The notes under the pieces: model-generated
Seen by the model: the letters and a program-made list of their open reading frames with translations, nothing else
Databases searched by the model: none
What the model was told of the DNA's origin: nothing
Shown here: piece after piece, positions 12,060 through 23,320 of the stretch
How positions within the stretch are numbered: position 1 is the first letter of the stretch
Layout of the letters: the number at the start of each line of letters is the position of its first letter
Assembly (NCBI RefSeq): GCF_035594765.1
Contig: NC_085843.1
Span: 273,831,971 to 273,895,970, forward strand
Source: Anolis carolinensis
Taxonomy: Eukaryota
Direction of reading: 5' to 3'
Length of the DNA: 64,000 nt
Program-made: the position numbers and the translations under genes

Positions 12060-14990
12060 TCAAAGCACCCCCGACAGATGGCCATCCAGCCTCTGCTTAA
12101 AAGCCTCCAAAGAAGGAGCCTCCACCACGGCCCCGGGGAGAGAGTTCCACAGTCGAACAGCTCTCACAGTGAGGAAGTTCTTCCTGATGTTCAGGTGGAA
12201 TCTCCTTTCCTGTAGTTTGAAGCCATTGTTCCGTGTCCTAGTCTGCAGGGCAGCAGAAAACAAGCTTGCTCCCTCTTCCCTATGACTTCCCTTCACATAT
12301 TTGTACATGGCTATCATGTCTCCTCTCAGCCTTCTCTTCTGCAGGCTAAACATGCCCAGCTCTTTAAGCCGCTCATCATAGGGCTTGTTCTCCAGACCCT
12401 TAATCATTTTAGTCGCCCTCCTCTGGACACTTTCCAGCTTGTCAACATCTCCCTTCAACTGTGGTGCCCAAAATTGGACACAGTATTCCAGGTGTGGTCT
12501 GACCAAGGCAGAATAGAGGGGGAGCATAACTTCCCTGGATCTAGACGCTATTCCCCTATTGATGCAGGCCAGAATCCCATTGGCTTTTTTAGCAGCCGCA
12601 TCACATTGTTGGCTCATGTTTAACTTGTTGTCCACGAGGACTCCAAGGTCTTTTTCGCACACACTGCTGTCAAGCCAGGCGTCCCCCATTCTGTATCTTT
12701 GATTTCCATTTTTTCTGCCGAAGTGAAGTATCTTGCATTTGTCCCTGTTGAACTTCATTTTGTTAGTTTTGGCCCATCTCTCTAGTCTGTCAAGATCGTT
12801 TTGAATTCTGCTCCTGTCTTCTGGAGTGTTAGCTATCCCTCCCAGTTTTGTGTCGTCTGCAAACTTGATGATCGTGCCTTCTAACCCTTCGTCTTAGTCG
12901 TTAATAAAGATGTTGAACAGAACCGGGCCCAGGACGGAGCCCTGCGGCACTCCACTTGTCACTTCTTTCCATGATGAAGACGACGCATTGGTGAGCACCC
13001 TTTGGGTTCGTTCGCTTAGCCAATTACAGATCCACCTAACCGTAGTTTTGTCTAGCCCACATTTTACTAGTTTGTTTGCCAGAAGGTCGTGGGGGACTTT
13101 GTCGAAGGCCTTACTGAAATCCAGGTACGCTACATCCACAGCATTCCCTGTATCGACCCAACTCGTAACTCTATCGAAAAAAGAGATCAGATTAGTCTGG
13201 CATGACTTGTTTTTGGTAAATCCGTGTTGACTATTAGCAATGACCGCATTTGTTTCTAAGTGTTCGCAGACCACTTCCTTAATGATCTTTTCCAGAATTT
13301 TGCCTGGTATTGATGTGAGGCTGACCAGACGGTAATTGTTTGGGTCGTTCTTTTTTCCCTTCTTGAAGATAGGGACCACATTCGCCCTCCTCCAATCTGC
13401 TGGGACTTCTCCCGTTCTCCAAGAACTCTCGAAGATAATTGCCAGTGGTTCTGAAATAACTTCCGCTAGTTCCTTCAGTACTCTTGGGTGTAGCTGATCT
13501 GGCCCTGGGGACTTGAATTCATTTAGAGAGGCCAAGTGTTCCTGGACAACTTGTTTCCCTATTTGGGGTTGGATTTCCCCCAATCCTTCGTCCATTCCAT
13601 GTTGCTGAGGTTGAAGATGGCTTTCTTTTTCTGAGAAGACCGAGGCAAAGAAGGCATTAAGTAGTTCTGCCTTTTCCCTGTCCCCTGTCGCCATCACCCC
13701 ATCTTCTCCTTGCAATGGCCCTATCGCCTCCTTTTTCTTCCTTTTTCTACCAACGTAAGCAAAAAAGCCTTTTTTGTTGTTTTTTATGTCCCTGGCAAGC
13801 CTGAGCTCATTTTGCGCTTTAGCCTTGCGAACCTTTTCCCTACAGGTGTTGGCTATACGTTTGAATTCTTCTTTGGTGATTTCTCCCCTTTTCCACTTCT
13901 TGTGCATGTCACTTTTGAGCTTTAGCTCAGTTAGAAGTTCTTTGGACATCCATTCTGGCTTCTTTGCACTTGTCTTATTTTTCTTCTTTGTTGGCACTGT
14001 TTGCATTTGCGCCTTGAGTATTTCACTTTTGAAAAACTCCCATCCATCCTTAACTCCCTTGTTTTTTAATATCGGCGTCCATGGAATGCCGCTCAGTAAT
14101 TCCTTCATTTTTTGGAAGTCAGCTCTCTTAAAGTCCAGAATGCGTGTTTGTCTTGTCTTAGTTTCAGCATTCCTTTGTATTGCAAACTGCAGGAGCACAT
14201 GATCACTTGCCCCTAAGGATCCAACCACTTCAACTGTATTGATCAGGTCTTCCACATTTGTTAAGATTAGATCAAGAGTTGCTGATCCCCTTGTTGCCTC
14301 TTCTACCTTCTGGACCATAAAATTATCTGCAAGGCAAGTGAGGAATTTGTTGGACTTTGTACTCTTGGCTGAGTTTGTTTTCCAGCAGATATCGGGATAA
14401 TTGAAATCGCCCATGACTACTATATCTCTTCTTTGTGCCTGTTTGGTCAGCTGTTGACAGAAGGCTTCATCAAGTCCTTCATCCTGACTCGGAGGTCTGT
14501 AGTAGACACCCACGACAAGATCTTTTTGAGTCCCGGTTCCCTTGATTCTTATCCAGATGCTTTCAAGCTGGTTTCCCGGATTACAGTCTTGCATTTCTTC
14601 TGCAACATAACTGTTTTTGACATATAAAGCTACTCCCCCTCCTCTCCCCTTTGTTCTATTTCTGTGAAAGAGGTTATAGCCCTCAATGGTTAAATTCCAG
14701 TGATGGGAGTCATCCCACCAGGTTTCAGTGATACCTATGACATCGTATGTGTGGTGCTGTGCTAGGAGTTGGAGTTCGTCTTGCTTATTTCCCATGCTCT
14801 GAGCATTAGTGTAAAGACATGTAAGCCCCTGTGACCTCCCCTCGAACTGTTTATTTGGGATTATTGTGCTCTCTGTACTTGGTCCTTGCTGTGTTTGTGC
14901 AGCCCTCCGTTTAGCCTTTCGGCGGTTCCCTGTGGTCGTGGGTAATATAGTGTTCGCCAGGCTGTTGTTCCCCTCCCCCAGTGGATCTAG
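12060..14990 (-). pseudogene. CR1 ORF2 (APE endonuclease + reverse transcriptase), one in-frame nonsense codon at 12894-12896
   Basis: APE motifs GITETWW, YYRPP, MGDFN, LDLILTN, SDH. RT motifs [21 protein letters not shown], and KFADD just after the stop. The track ORFs 12894-14795 and 12060-12758 are in the same frame. The frame stays open 65 codons upstream of the first ATG (14795). Confidence 0.95.
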
Positions 14991-16258
14991 TTTAAAGTGC
15001 GCCTGATGAGGTTTGTGAGTCTGTGTGCAAAAAGATGTTTTCCTACTTGTGTGAGATGCACCCCATCGCTTGCCAGTAGTCCATCCTCTTGGAAGAGTAG
15101 ACCATGGTCAAGGAAGCCAAAATGCTCCTCTTGACACCATTTTCTGAGCCAGTTATTGACCTGTACTATTTTTCCGGCCCTTGTAGAGCCGTGTCCTACA
15201 ACAGGGAGGAGGGATGAAAAGATCACATGTACATTATACAGTTTTAGCTTTGTTCCCAGAGCTCGAAAATCATTTGTGATCTTTTGAAAAGTATGCCTAG
15301 CGGTGTCATTGGTACCTACATGAATCAACATAAGGTGGGGAGGGTGATGGGGCTTTAGGAGCCTGCTGAGCCTCTGAGTGATATGGTGTATTTTTGCCCC
15401 CGGGAGGCAGCATGTTTCTCGAGCCATCCCGTCCGGTCTGGAAATGATGGCTTCCGTTCCTCTAAGGAGGGAGTCACCTACTACCAAGACCGGTTTCCTT
15501 TGAGGATTGACAGGGTCCCTTTTGTGCAAGACAGTGTGTATGTCCCCTGAAGAGTGTTCCTGTTGAAGTGAATCATGTAGGTGTAGAGTGTTGTCCTCCT
15601 CCTCAACATCCCCAGTGCATTCATCAATGACAATCCATTGAGATACATCCGAGAGCCCATTACTCTCCCAAGGATGTTCCTGTTGCTCCTGGTCTATGAT
15701 TGGGGATGGAGCATTTGCATGATTACATAAGTGTGACTGTGGTGATGCACTGTCCCCGTCAGGGCTATCCCCTGCGCATTGATCCAGGGTGGTCCACTGA
15801 GTGGTATCTAAGAAACTGTGGTCCTCCACAAGATGTGTTTCCTGATTGTATGTTAATGATGTAAGAATTTCAAATCTGTTGTGTAAATGCAGCTGAGCAG
15901 AGGGGTTCTGCGGAGGTTGCCTGGTCCTGCGTCTCCTTCTATGGGTGACCTCCTTCCAAGCCTGAGGGTTGTCTACCTTTGAGTTGATCTCCCCATAAGG
16001 TTCCTGATCATGGTCTTGGTGGTGTTGGTGTGATGCAGGCTGCTGATCTACAGCAGCGTGTTGTGCAGTGTCCAAGAAGAGCTCGAGTGCCTGAATGTCC
16101 TTAAGGGTCTTAATACGGTGCTCGAGCTGTTGGATCCTCTGCTCCATCAGAGTCATCTGTTTGCATTTGGAGCAGATGTAGTTGTCTAGTTTTTGTGTGA
16201 AAAAGCGGAACATGCCACAGCTGGTGCATGTGATGGGAATGTTTTGCTTTTGTTGCAT
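14987..16258 (-). CDS. CR1 ORF1 protein: CxxC..CxxC zinc finger, coiled coil, SGNH/GDSL esterase domain
   Basis: CTSC...CSKC, heptad [16 protein letters not shown], esterase blocks VVGDSL, HVGTND and DGVHL. First ATG at 16258. Confidence 0.92.
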   Translation of the reverse strand: MQQKQNIPITCTSCGMFRFFTQKLDNYICSKCKQMTLMEQRIQQLEHRIKTLKDIQALELFLDTAQHAAVDQQPASHQHHQDHDQEPYGEINSKVDNPQAWKEVTHRRRRRTRQPPQNPSAQLHLHNRFEILTSLTYNQETHLVEDHSFLDTTQWTTLDQCAGDSPDGDSASPQSHLCNHANAPSPIIDQEQQEHPWESNGLSDVSQWIVIDECTGDVEEEDNTLHLHDSLQQEHSSGDIHTVLHKRDPVNPQRKPVLVVGDSLLRGTEAIISRPDGMARETCCLPGAKIHHITQRLSRLLKPHHPPHLMLIHVGTNDTARHTFQKITNDFRALGTKLKLYNVHVIFSSLLPVVGHGSTRAGKIVQVNNWLRKWCQEEHFGFLDHGLLFQEDGLLASDGVHLTQVGKHLFAHRLTNLIRRTLN

Positions 16259-16442
16259 CTCTTGGTGAGCGTGGTGGCCAAGTGGGATCTTTGTACAGTT
16301 AAGTAATATGCACGCACTTTTATGTGCAGACTGCAACAAACCACCTCTTTGTGTATTTGTTTATGTTGCTTTGTTTCCTGTATGTACTGCAAAGAATAGT
16401 TAGTAAAGGTGCCTTTTTCGTGCGCGCCGTCAGGCGCGCGCG

Positions 16443-16942
16443 ACACTGGCAAATAAAGCTTTCCCAGAAACTCAATTAACAGGGGACAATGCCTGCTGTC
16501 AATCAACTTAAGTACCTGGTTCTCTTTCAACACAACAGTCACACAACAGTTAGACTTTGACCACAGGAGCCAAGCCCACACTCAGTTTAAAATCTTAGCC
16601 AAATCTTAGCCAAATCCTACCTGAAGCCAGGGAGCAAAAATGTCCTCCTGCTGCCTCTGCTTCTGCGAGAACCAACTGCCCTTCTGGGATCAGGCTCTGG
16701 CAGAAACTCACACTGGCAAATAAAGCTTTCCCAGAAACTCAATTAACAGAGGACAATGCCTGCTGTCAATCAACTTAAGTACCTGGCTCTCTTTCAACAC
16801 AACAGTCACACAACAGTTAGACTTTGACCACAGGAGCCAAGCCCACACTCAGTTTAAAATCTTAGCCAAATCTTAGCCAAATCCTACCTGAAGCCAGGGA
16901 GCAAAAATGTCCTCCTGCTGCCTCTGCTTCTGCGAGAACCAA
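16443..16942 (-). repeat. Tandem 267-bp monomers in the CR1 5' UTR (one full copy plus one 233-bp partial copy)
   Basis: 16443-16675 and 16710-16942 are near-identical (I saw 2 substitutions). Each has an internal (aaatcttagcc)2. Confidence 0.95.
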
Positions 16943-17010
16943 TTTGATAGAGAATCATTTATATCCTTAGCTCCTTAGTTACATCTGCATAATTAAGCAA
17001 ACTTTCCTGG

Positions 17011-17078
17011 CCAAGGTTAACCACCACCTGAGGAAGACTACACAGTCGAAACCGGTCATGGATGGTGACTAACCTTGG
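17011..17078 (+). ncRNA. Minimal type I hammerhead ribozyme motif
   Basis: Core CUGAGGA (17028-34) plus an extra A, stem II GACU/AGUC, GAAA (17048-51), palindromic helix III A-CCGG-U, GUC cleavage site after 17057, and a long bulged stem I (ccaaggtta/taaccttgg). Confidence 0.8.
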
Positions 17079-17324
17079 ACTTGTTTAAAACATTGGATTT
17101 CATAAAAGGATTCACTTACTTGGACGTTTAAATTTGGACTCACAATTAGTGACTTATACAGTCCTCCATGTGGAACATGAACTCTGGTGGGCATTGGACT
17201 CACAAACTCTGAATATAGAGTTTTACTTTCTGTGTATGTATGTGTGTTGGTAACACATGGATTATATTTTGGTTTAATTACTGTTTTATAGTTCATATTA
17301 TTGGGTTACATTTCTAGCTATAGT

Positions 17325-17478
17325 GGCCTCTTGCCTGTGACCTTGAACAAGTCACATTCTCTCACCCTCAGAGGGAGACAAAGACAAATCCGTCTCTGAA
17401 CAAATCTTGACAGGGAAATCCCTTGATAGGTTTGTCATAGGGTCACCATAAGTCAGAAACTACTTGAGGACACACACC
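17325..17478 (+). mobile_element. Partial SINE with RTE-type tail
   Basis: gtgaccttgaacaagtcac...gggtcaccataagtcagaaactacttga, same family as 21104. Confidence 0.7.
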
Positions 17479-17811
17479 ATCAAGTCTGCATATAACGTAA
17501 TAACTACTAGATAAGATGCCAGCCATTAAGTTCACATTACATATTAAAAACAGCACAGCCACATATTTTTTACCACAACCAGTTAAATGCTGAAGGTGAG
17601 CCTGAATAGGAAGATCTTTGCCATTCAATGAAAAGAGAGCTGAGAGGAGGCCAACCAAGCGTCCTTTGATGGGAGTGCCATCAGAAAGGACGAGCTGCCA
17701 AGAAGCACCTCTCCATGTCCTCACCAAACAAGCCTGTGAGCATGCTGGCCCTTTCCCAAGGACCATTAGGACTTGGAGAGACTCAGATAGGGAGATAAGA
17801 GCTTTCAATTA

Positions 17812-18016
17812 GGGTACATCTACAGTATAGAATTAATACAGTTCGACATCACTTTGACTACCATAGCTCAATGCTATGGGATCTGTAGTTTGGTGAGGCT
17901 CCAGTACTCTTTGGCATAGAAGGCTAAAGGCCTACAACTCCTCTAATTCCATAGCATTGAGCCATGGCAGTTACGGTGGTGTCAAACTGCATTAATTCTA
18001 TACTGTAGATGCATCC
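17812..18016. mobile_element. PIF/Harbinger-type MITE, inserted in degraded L2-like sequence
   Basis: Long TIRs (gggtacatctacagtatagaattaat / attaattctatactgtagatgcatcc) and 3-bp TSD TTA. Confidence 0.85.
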
Positions 18017-18240
18017 TTAGTCTAGACCTAAGCTATATAAGGCTTTGTAGGACATAACCAGACCTTGGAATTGTTTCTTGAAATGGACTGGGAACAAGTG
18101 AAGCTGTTTCAACAAGGGAGTTATAAGTTTCCTGGAGTCAGCCTCCAAATCTATCAGCCCTTAACAATTGTGAGGTTAACTTTTGCAGATTTTATTATTT
18201 GCAGGTTCGATAAATATGATTTCTCTAGGAATGTCTAGGT

Positions 18241-18375
18241 TGGTGGTTCTCAACCTGGGGTCTCCAGATGTTTTTGGCCTACAACTCCCAGAAATTGCAG
18301 CCAGTTTACTAGTTGTTAGGATTTCTGGGAGTTGAAGGCCAAAAACATCTGGGGAACCCAGGTTGAGAACCACTG
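18241..18375. mobile_element. hAT-type palindromic MITE nested in an older MITE-like sequence
   Basis: TIRs gtggttctcaacct / aggttgagaaccactg and perfect 8-bp TSD GTCTAGGT. Confidence 0.9.
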
Positions 18376-19610
18376 GTCTAGGTCCTTCTGTGTGGCTCTA
18401 GTCAACTTCTACGAGAAAGTGACCATAGAGCTGTGTTGAAGGACCTAGATATTCTTAGGTAGGTTTCCTTCCAGGTAAGCAAAATAGCAGGGTTTTTTAT
18501 ATTTACAGAGTCCTACATCCCAAATCCCAGTGAAAGGAAAGGGCTGGGTGTAATTGTAGCATTTGATGAAATTTCTAAACAGTTTCTAAAAGTAGCCCCA
18601 CTTAGAATGTATTACATAATTCAAATGGGATGTAATGAAGGCATACATCTTCAGAAAAATGCACTAGTTTGAAGATGGGCTTGAACTGGGGTCTTTCAAA
18701 TCCCCAAACAAGGCTTACTGGGGGATACTCCTCACTTTCGCATTACTTGATAAACACCCTCCTTTCCCCCAGACATCAATCTCTGCCACCTTTAAAGAGA
18801 TCTGCACTGCTCTCTACTTCCCAGTTTTATCCAGATACATTAATTTTGCAGGTTCCATTACAGTTACTAATTTTCATTATTACAATGAACTTTCTTCTGA
18901 GAAGCCACTATTGATATATTGATCTAGCAGATCAAATTTAAAAGAACATTTTTAATTGCTCAACATGTCAGTTGACTGTTGAAATGTAAATTTTAATGAA
19001 GCTCGTTAATATATACTTTTTTAGTTGACTGTCAGTAAATTTGCTTTTGATTGATTAACATGAGTAGGAGGAAATTAAGCTTAGCCTTGGAAATGAAATC
19101 AAGCAATTAGTTGCAGCAGTCTTCGGCATATACAAGAGTCTTCCCCCTTCTGTCCTTAGTTCATCACTTCTTCAAACTATGAGTTGAAATGCATTACAAG
19201 TGCATTAAATTGAACTAAATAGCCATGAGAACAGAATCATATAGCTGGATCAAAACAACACTTGTAATTATGATATCTTTGGACTACATATCCTAGACTC
19301 CCCTATCTAGCAGCTGCAGTGGTTATGATGCCTGGGAGATTCTGGCATCAGTATTCCATAAAAGTAACATTTCCAAGACCTGGTTTAGATGTAATAGACA
19401 ACTATACTTTCCCACTATGTTGGTCTTTCTGTCTTTTTCATGCACAAGACAACACACTTTTCTCAACTTTAAATTGACCATAGTTTTGTATGCAAACTCA
19501 GGAAACTGTATCATAGACAGTATCATACAGCTTCCAGATTCCAGCTTGTTTACAAACCAGCAGAGGTTGCTCTGATATCAAGATGCATACACCCATTTCC
19601 TGACTTTCAA

Positions 19611-19631
19611 TGAGCTTTCCAAGGTGCTGAA
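19611..19631 (-). promoter_or_regulatory. RE1/NRSE (REST) site candidate
   Basis: Minus strand TTCAGCACCTTGGAAAGCTCA: one mismatch to the 17-nt RE1 core TTCAGCACCNNGGACAG. Confidence 0.55.
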
Positions 19632-21103
19632 TCTGTTTGAGGGGAATGTCCCTTTGAAGTTGAAATTAACTGTCATCCCCACATGTTCTCTTGTGATCTC
19701 TCTTGCTTCTACAGATGATGACCCCCCCTCCCAATAAGCATTACCTTAAACTATCACATCATTAACCCCTTGTTTATCAGTATGAGAAACTGTCCCCTTC
19801 TCAATTGTGTTGCCTAGAAAATGGGAGTGCCCATTGTCACAGCAGGGAGGAACATAACATGACATGCAAGCTGCCACCAATGTGATTTTTGTAATTCCCA
19901 ACTATTATCTTGTCCAAAAATAGGGATATAAAAAGTGTTGTTCTCCAAAAGGCCAATATCCATACAAACATTCTATTAGTTATTTGAGGGACTGTTCTTT
20001 CAGACTTTCTTTTCAAGAGGTAAAAGTCGGGTCTATTCCCACAGCAGGTAAGAAGAGAATGAAATGGTCCCCAATAATGTCTCCCAACAGCTGGAGGAAC
20101 AGCACTGGCCATTTTGGGGGCAGAAATATTTTGTCCCCTGAATTTGGGGGTGGAAATAGAATATACAGTACAATCCTGTATCAGGAAGAGATACACTCCT
20201 TAACTTATGTAAACAGGAAATTGTGGATAATAGTGAATCCTGTTGAAATGAACAACTTCTACCAGAAAGTATCCTCTCTAAAATTTGGCTAGTTCCTTCA
20301 GCATGACTGTGGTAACTATTGGCAGAAGGATATCATAAAAATGCACCAGATTACCTAAAAAATTCCTTAGGGAGGGCATATTTTGGTGGATGTTAGTTGG
20401 TGAAACCACATGTATAGATCCTGCAAGAATAAGATTGCCATACTGTACAGTCCTGTAGAGCCCCTTAGGGAACCACTGCACCCTCCCAACCCTTGTAGTT
20501 GTCACATCTGTTTTACAGGAAGGAACCATGACTGATCATAGTGTATACAGCCACAGTCCCATGGATTCCAACAATACGAAATGCAAGTTTGCATACAGGT
20601 CCTGCTTCAACTTGGCACAGGGTCAAAGCCACAGTGAAATCATTGGTAATGAATGAGCTGGCATGCCGACTTCATTCACAGGTCCCATGTATATCTCCAG
20701 ATGTTATTTTGGTTTGGAACTATAATAACCTGGCAGGGAAAGCTTTTAAAATGAATTGCTGGCATTGATGAAGTGACAGCATCTATTATATTGGTTAATA
20801 AGAAAGTAAGCAATTGTGTTAAAATTCACATGTGTAATAAATTAATCTATGTGGTAAATATCACAAACATTCAATACAAAGCAGAATGCCAATTTCCCAG
20901 GGTCAGAGAGCAGTTCCCTCCCTTGAGACTTCAAAGTGCTGTACCTGAATCCCACCCAAGACATATCTTGGTTGAACAAATTTGCCAACCACAACCCCAG
21001 TTGTCATGATTATGATTAGGATTATTTTCATTTATATCCAGTCCTTTTCAGTAATCGGAATCAAGATGATTTGCAAAGTATCAATCTCCCTAAAGATAAA
21101 AAT

Positions 21104-21325
21104 GTGAGCCAGTATGGTGTAGTGGTCTGTTGGAATCAGAGTCTGGAAACCAGGATTCAAATTCCCACTTGGCCATGGAAACCACTGAGTGACCTTGAAC
21201 AAGTCAGACCTGCTCAGCCTCAAAGGAAGGCAGTGGCACACAAACCTTGTCGGGAAAACCCTGTGATACATTCCCCTTAGGATCATCATAAGCCAGAAGT
21301 GATTTGAAGGAACACAATGATGATG
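21104..21325 (+). mobile_element. tRNA-derived SINE with RTE-type tail
   Basis: A box tggtgtagtgg, B box ggattcaaatt, CORE-like gtgaccttgaacaagtca, tail gaaggaacacaa. Confidence 0.75.
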
Positions 21326-22009
21326 ACAAGGAGCTAAAAAACATACCAATAATCAATTAAAATACAGCTATAAAACAGATTTAAAAAACAAACTGTGACA
21401 CTAAGTTCATTTAAAATTCATGAAAAGACAACATAAAAACAACAACAAAATAAGAGTGCACACCATTAAAAGCCCATCACTGTCAATCAGTAAGAGGCTG
21501 ATGATTAGGAACGCTTTTAATTGCCTGGGGATAGAAGAACATTTGAAGGAACCATCTGAATCTTCCTAGAAACTGAATTTCAATATTTGGGAGCAGCCAT
21601 GCGTAAAGCTGTGATGTTCTGGACTGAAGCAAAAAATGTTGTTGAATTTATTAGATATATTATAGTAAAGGATAGTATCTATGCAATGTGTAACAACAAC
21701 AACTACTACTACAACTACTACAACCAACATTTATTTCTTACTCTCCTCTCCCTGCCGATCAAGGCTGGGAAAAAACCCAAATAGCACATCACATCAGCTA
21801 AAAGATCATATAAAGCCAATGCATATTAATGCATATTAAAATGCTTTAAAAATACAATTTACTGGTAAAAATAGAAAATGCCCTTCGGTTAACAGTTAAT
21901 CTAGTTTTGGCTGACTGAAACACATGTCTCCCAAATGATATAGTTTTACAGGGCAGATTATATGGGAGGAGGCGTTCCTGTAGGTAACTGGGATCCAAAC
22001 AGTGTAAGT

Positions 22010-22733
22010 CAGGGGTCCCCAAACTAAGGCCCGGGGGCCGGATGCGGCCCTCCAAGGTAATTTACCTGGCCCCCGCCCTCAGTTTTATCATATAATATTT
22101 TATATCATTTTAAATAATATATTGTATACACATATAATATTGATAATAATATAATGTTATACAATATAATACTAGTAATATATAATAATATTAATTGTAT
22201 GATATATATTACATATAATATTACAGTATAGTGGTATAGTTCAATAGTAACATATAATGCTAATATTGTGCTATGCTAATAATATAATATATTGTATGTG
22301 CATACAGCTGCTCAGAGTCCCCTTCAGGGTGAGAAGGGTGGGATATAAATGTAGTAAATAAATGTAGTAAATGAATAAATAAATAATTTTGGACTTAGGG
22401 TCACCCAAAGACACACAACAACACACAACAACAACAATCCTAATTAAGACACACAACAACAACAATCCTAATTAACCTGACTATATCATTGGCCAGAAGG
22501 AGGCCCACACTTCCTATTGAAATCCTGATAGGTTTATGTTGGTTAAAATTATTTTCATTTTTAAATATTGTATTGTTTTTTCATTGGTATTGTTGTTGTT
22601 TTGCACTACATATAAGATATGTGCAGTGTGCATAGGAATTGGTTTGGTTTTTTTCCCCAAGTGATAATTCGGCCCCTCAACAGTCTGAAGGATTGTGGAC
22701 CGGCCCTCTGCTTTAAAAGTTTGAGGACCCCTG
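22010..22733 (+). mobile_element. OC1/OposCharlie-like non-autonomous hAT element carrying a SINE 3' fragment (~22305-22385); interrupts an L2 remnant
   Basis: TIRs CAGGGGTCCCCAAACT / AGTTTGAGGACCCCTG, perfect 8-bp TSD GTGTAAGT, cggccc subterminal motifs. Confidence 0.9.
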
Positions 22734-23089
22734 GTGTAAGTAATAGCCAACATTGTACTTTGGCCAGAAATTAAATGACAGCCAGTGGAGTGATTTTAAT
22801 ATGGTTGTGATACGATCACTTCTAAATGTACCAGTAACCAGTCTGATGACATTATCACATGGGGAAGACCCCCCCCCCCCATTGCTGTTTCACCAGCAAG
22901 TGTAGCAAGTGTAGTTGGGAGTGGGCCTCTACCACAAGTCACACAACATTGTGTGATGTGCAGCATGAGGCTCCAAGAAAGAAGTGTCCTGAAAGTGTCC
23001 TAGGATGCTAAAATCACCTCATATGATGAGATGGTAACTGTCTATAAGTCACTTCCAAATTTGGAAAACGGTCTCGCTATACTTCAATC

Positions 23090-23320
23090 ACTACACCATA
23101 CTGGTTCTCATTTAAGTGTTTGACCAAGACTCTTGAAGACCAAAGTTTGAATCCCTGCTTGTCCATGGAAAATACTAGGTGACCTGGGCAAGTCATACCC
23201 TCTGAGTCTTAGAGGAAGGCACGGTCAAATGTCCTCTAAGCAAATCTTTCTAAGAAAACTTCACGATAGGCTCCCTTTTGGATTGTCATAAATTAGAAAT
23301 GACTTGAAGGTACGAAACAT
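23090..23320 (+). mobile_element. Degraded SINE with RTE-type tail
   Basis: gtttgaatccc B box, ggtgacctgggcaagtca, tail gacttgaagg. Confidence 0.65.

Larger units (their letters stand above)
11969..16939 (-). mobile_element. Near-full-length young CR1 LINE
   Basis: 3' tail (ATTCTATG)n at 11969-11991, ORF2, ORF1, tandem 5' UTR monomers, and probable TSD CAATTT (11963-11968, 16940-16945). Confidence 0.97.

Noticed and set aside
12282-14627. Plus-strand ORFs antisense to CR1 ORF2
   Set aside because: Shadow frames of the RT coding strand with no independent motifs.
16443-16942. CRISPR-like or satellite array
   Set aside because: Only two long units with no spacers, and they are part of the LINE UTR in a eukaryotic genome.
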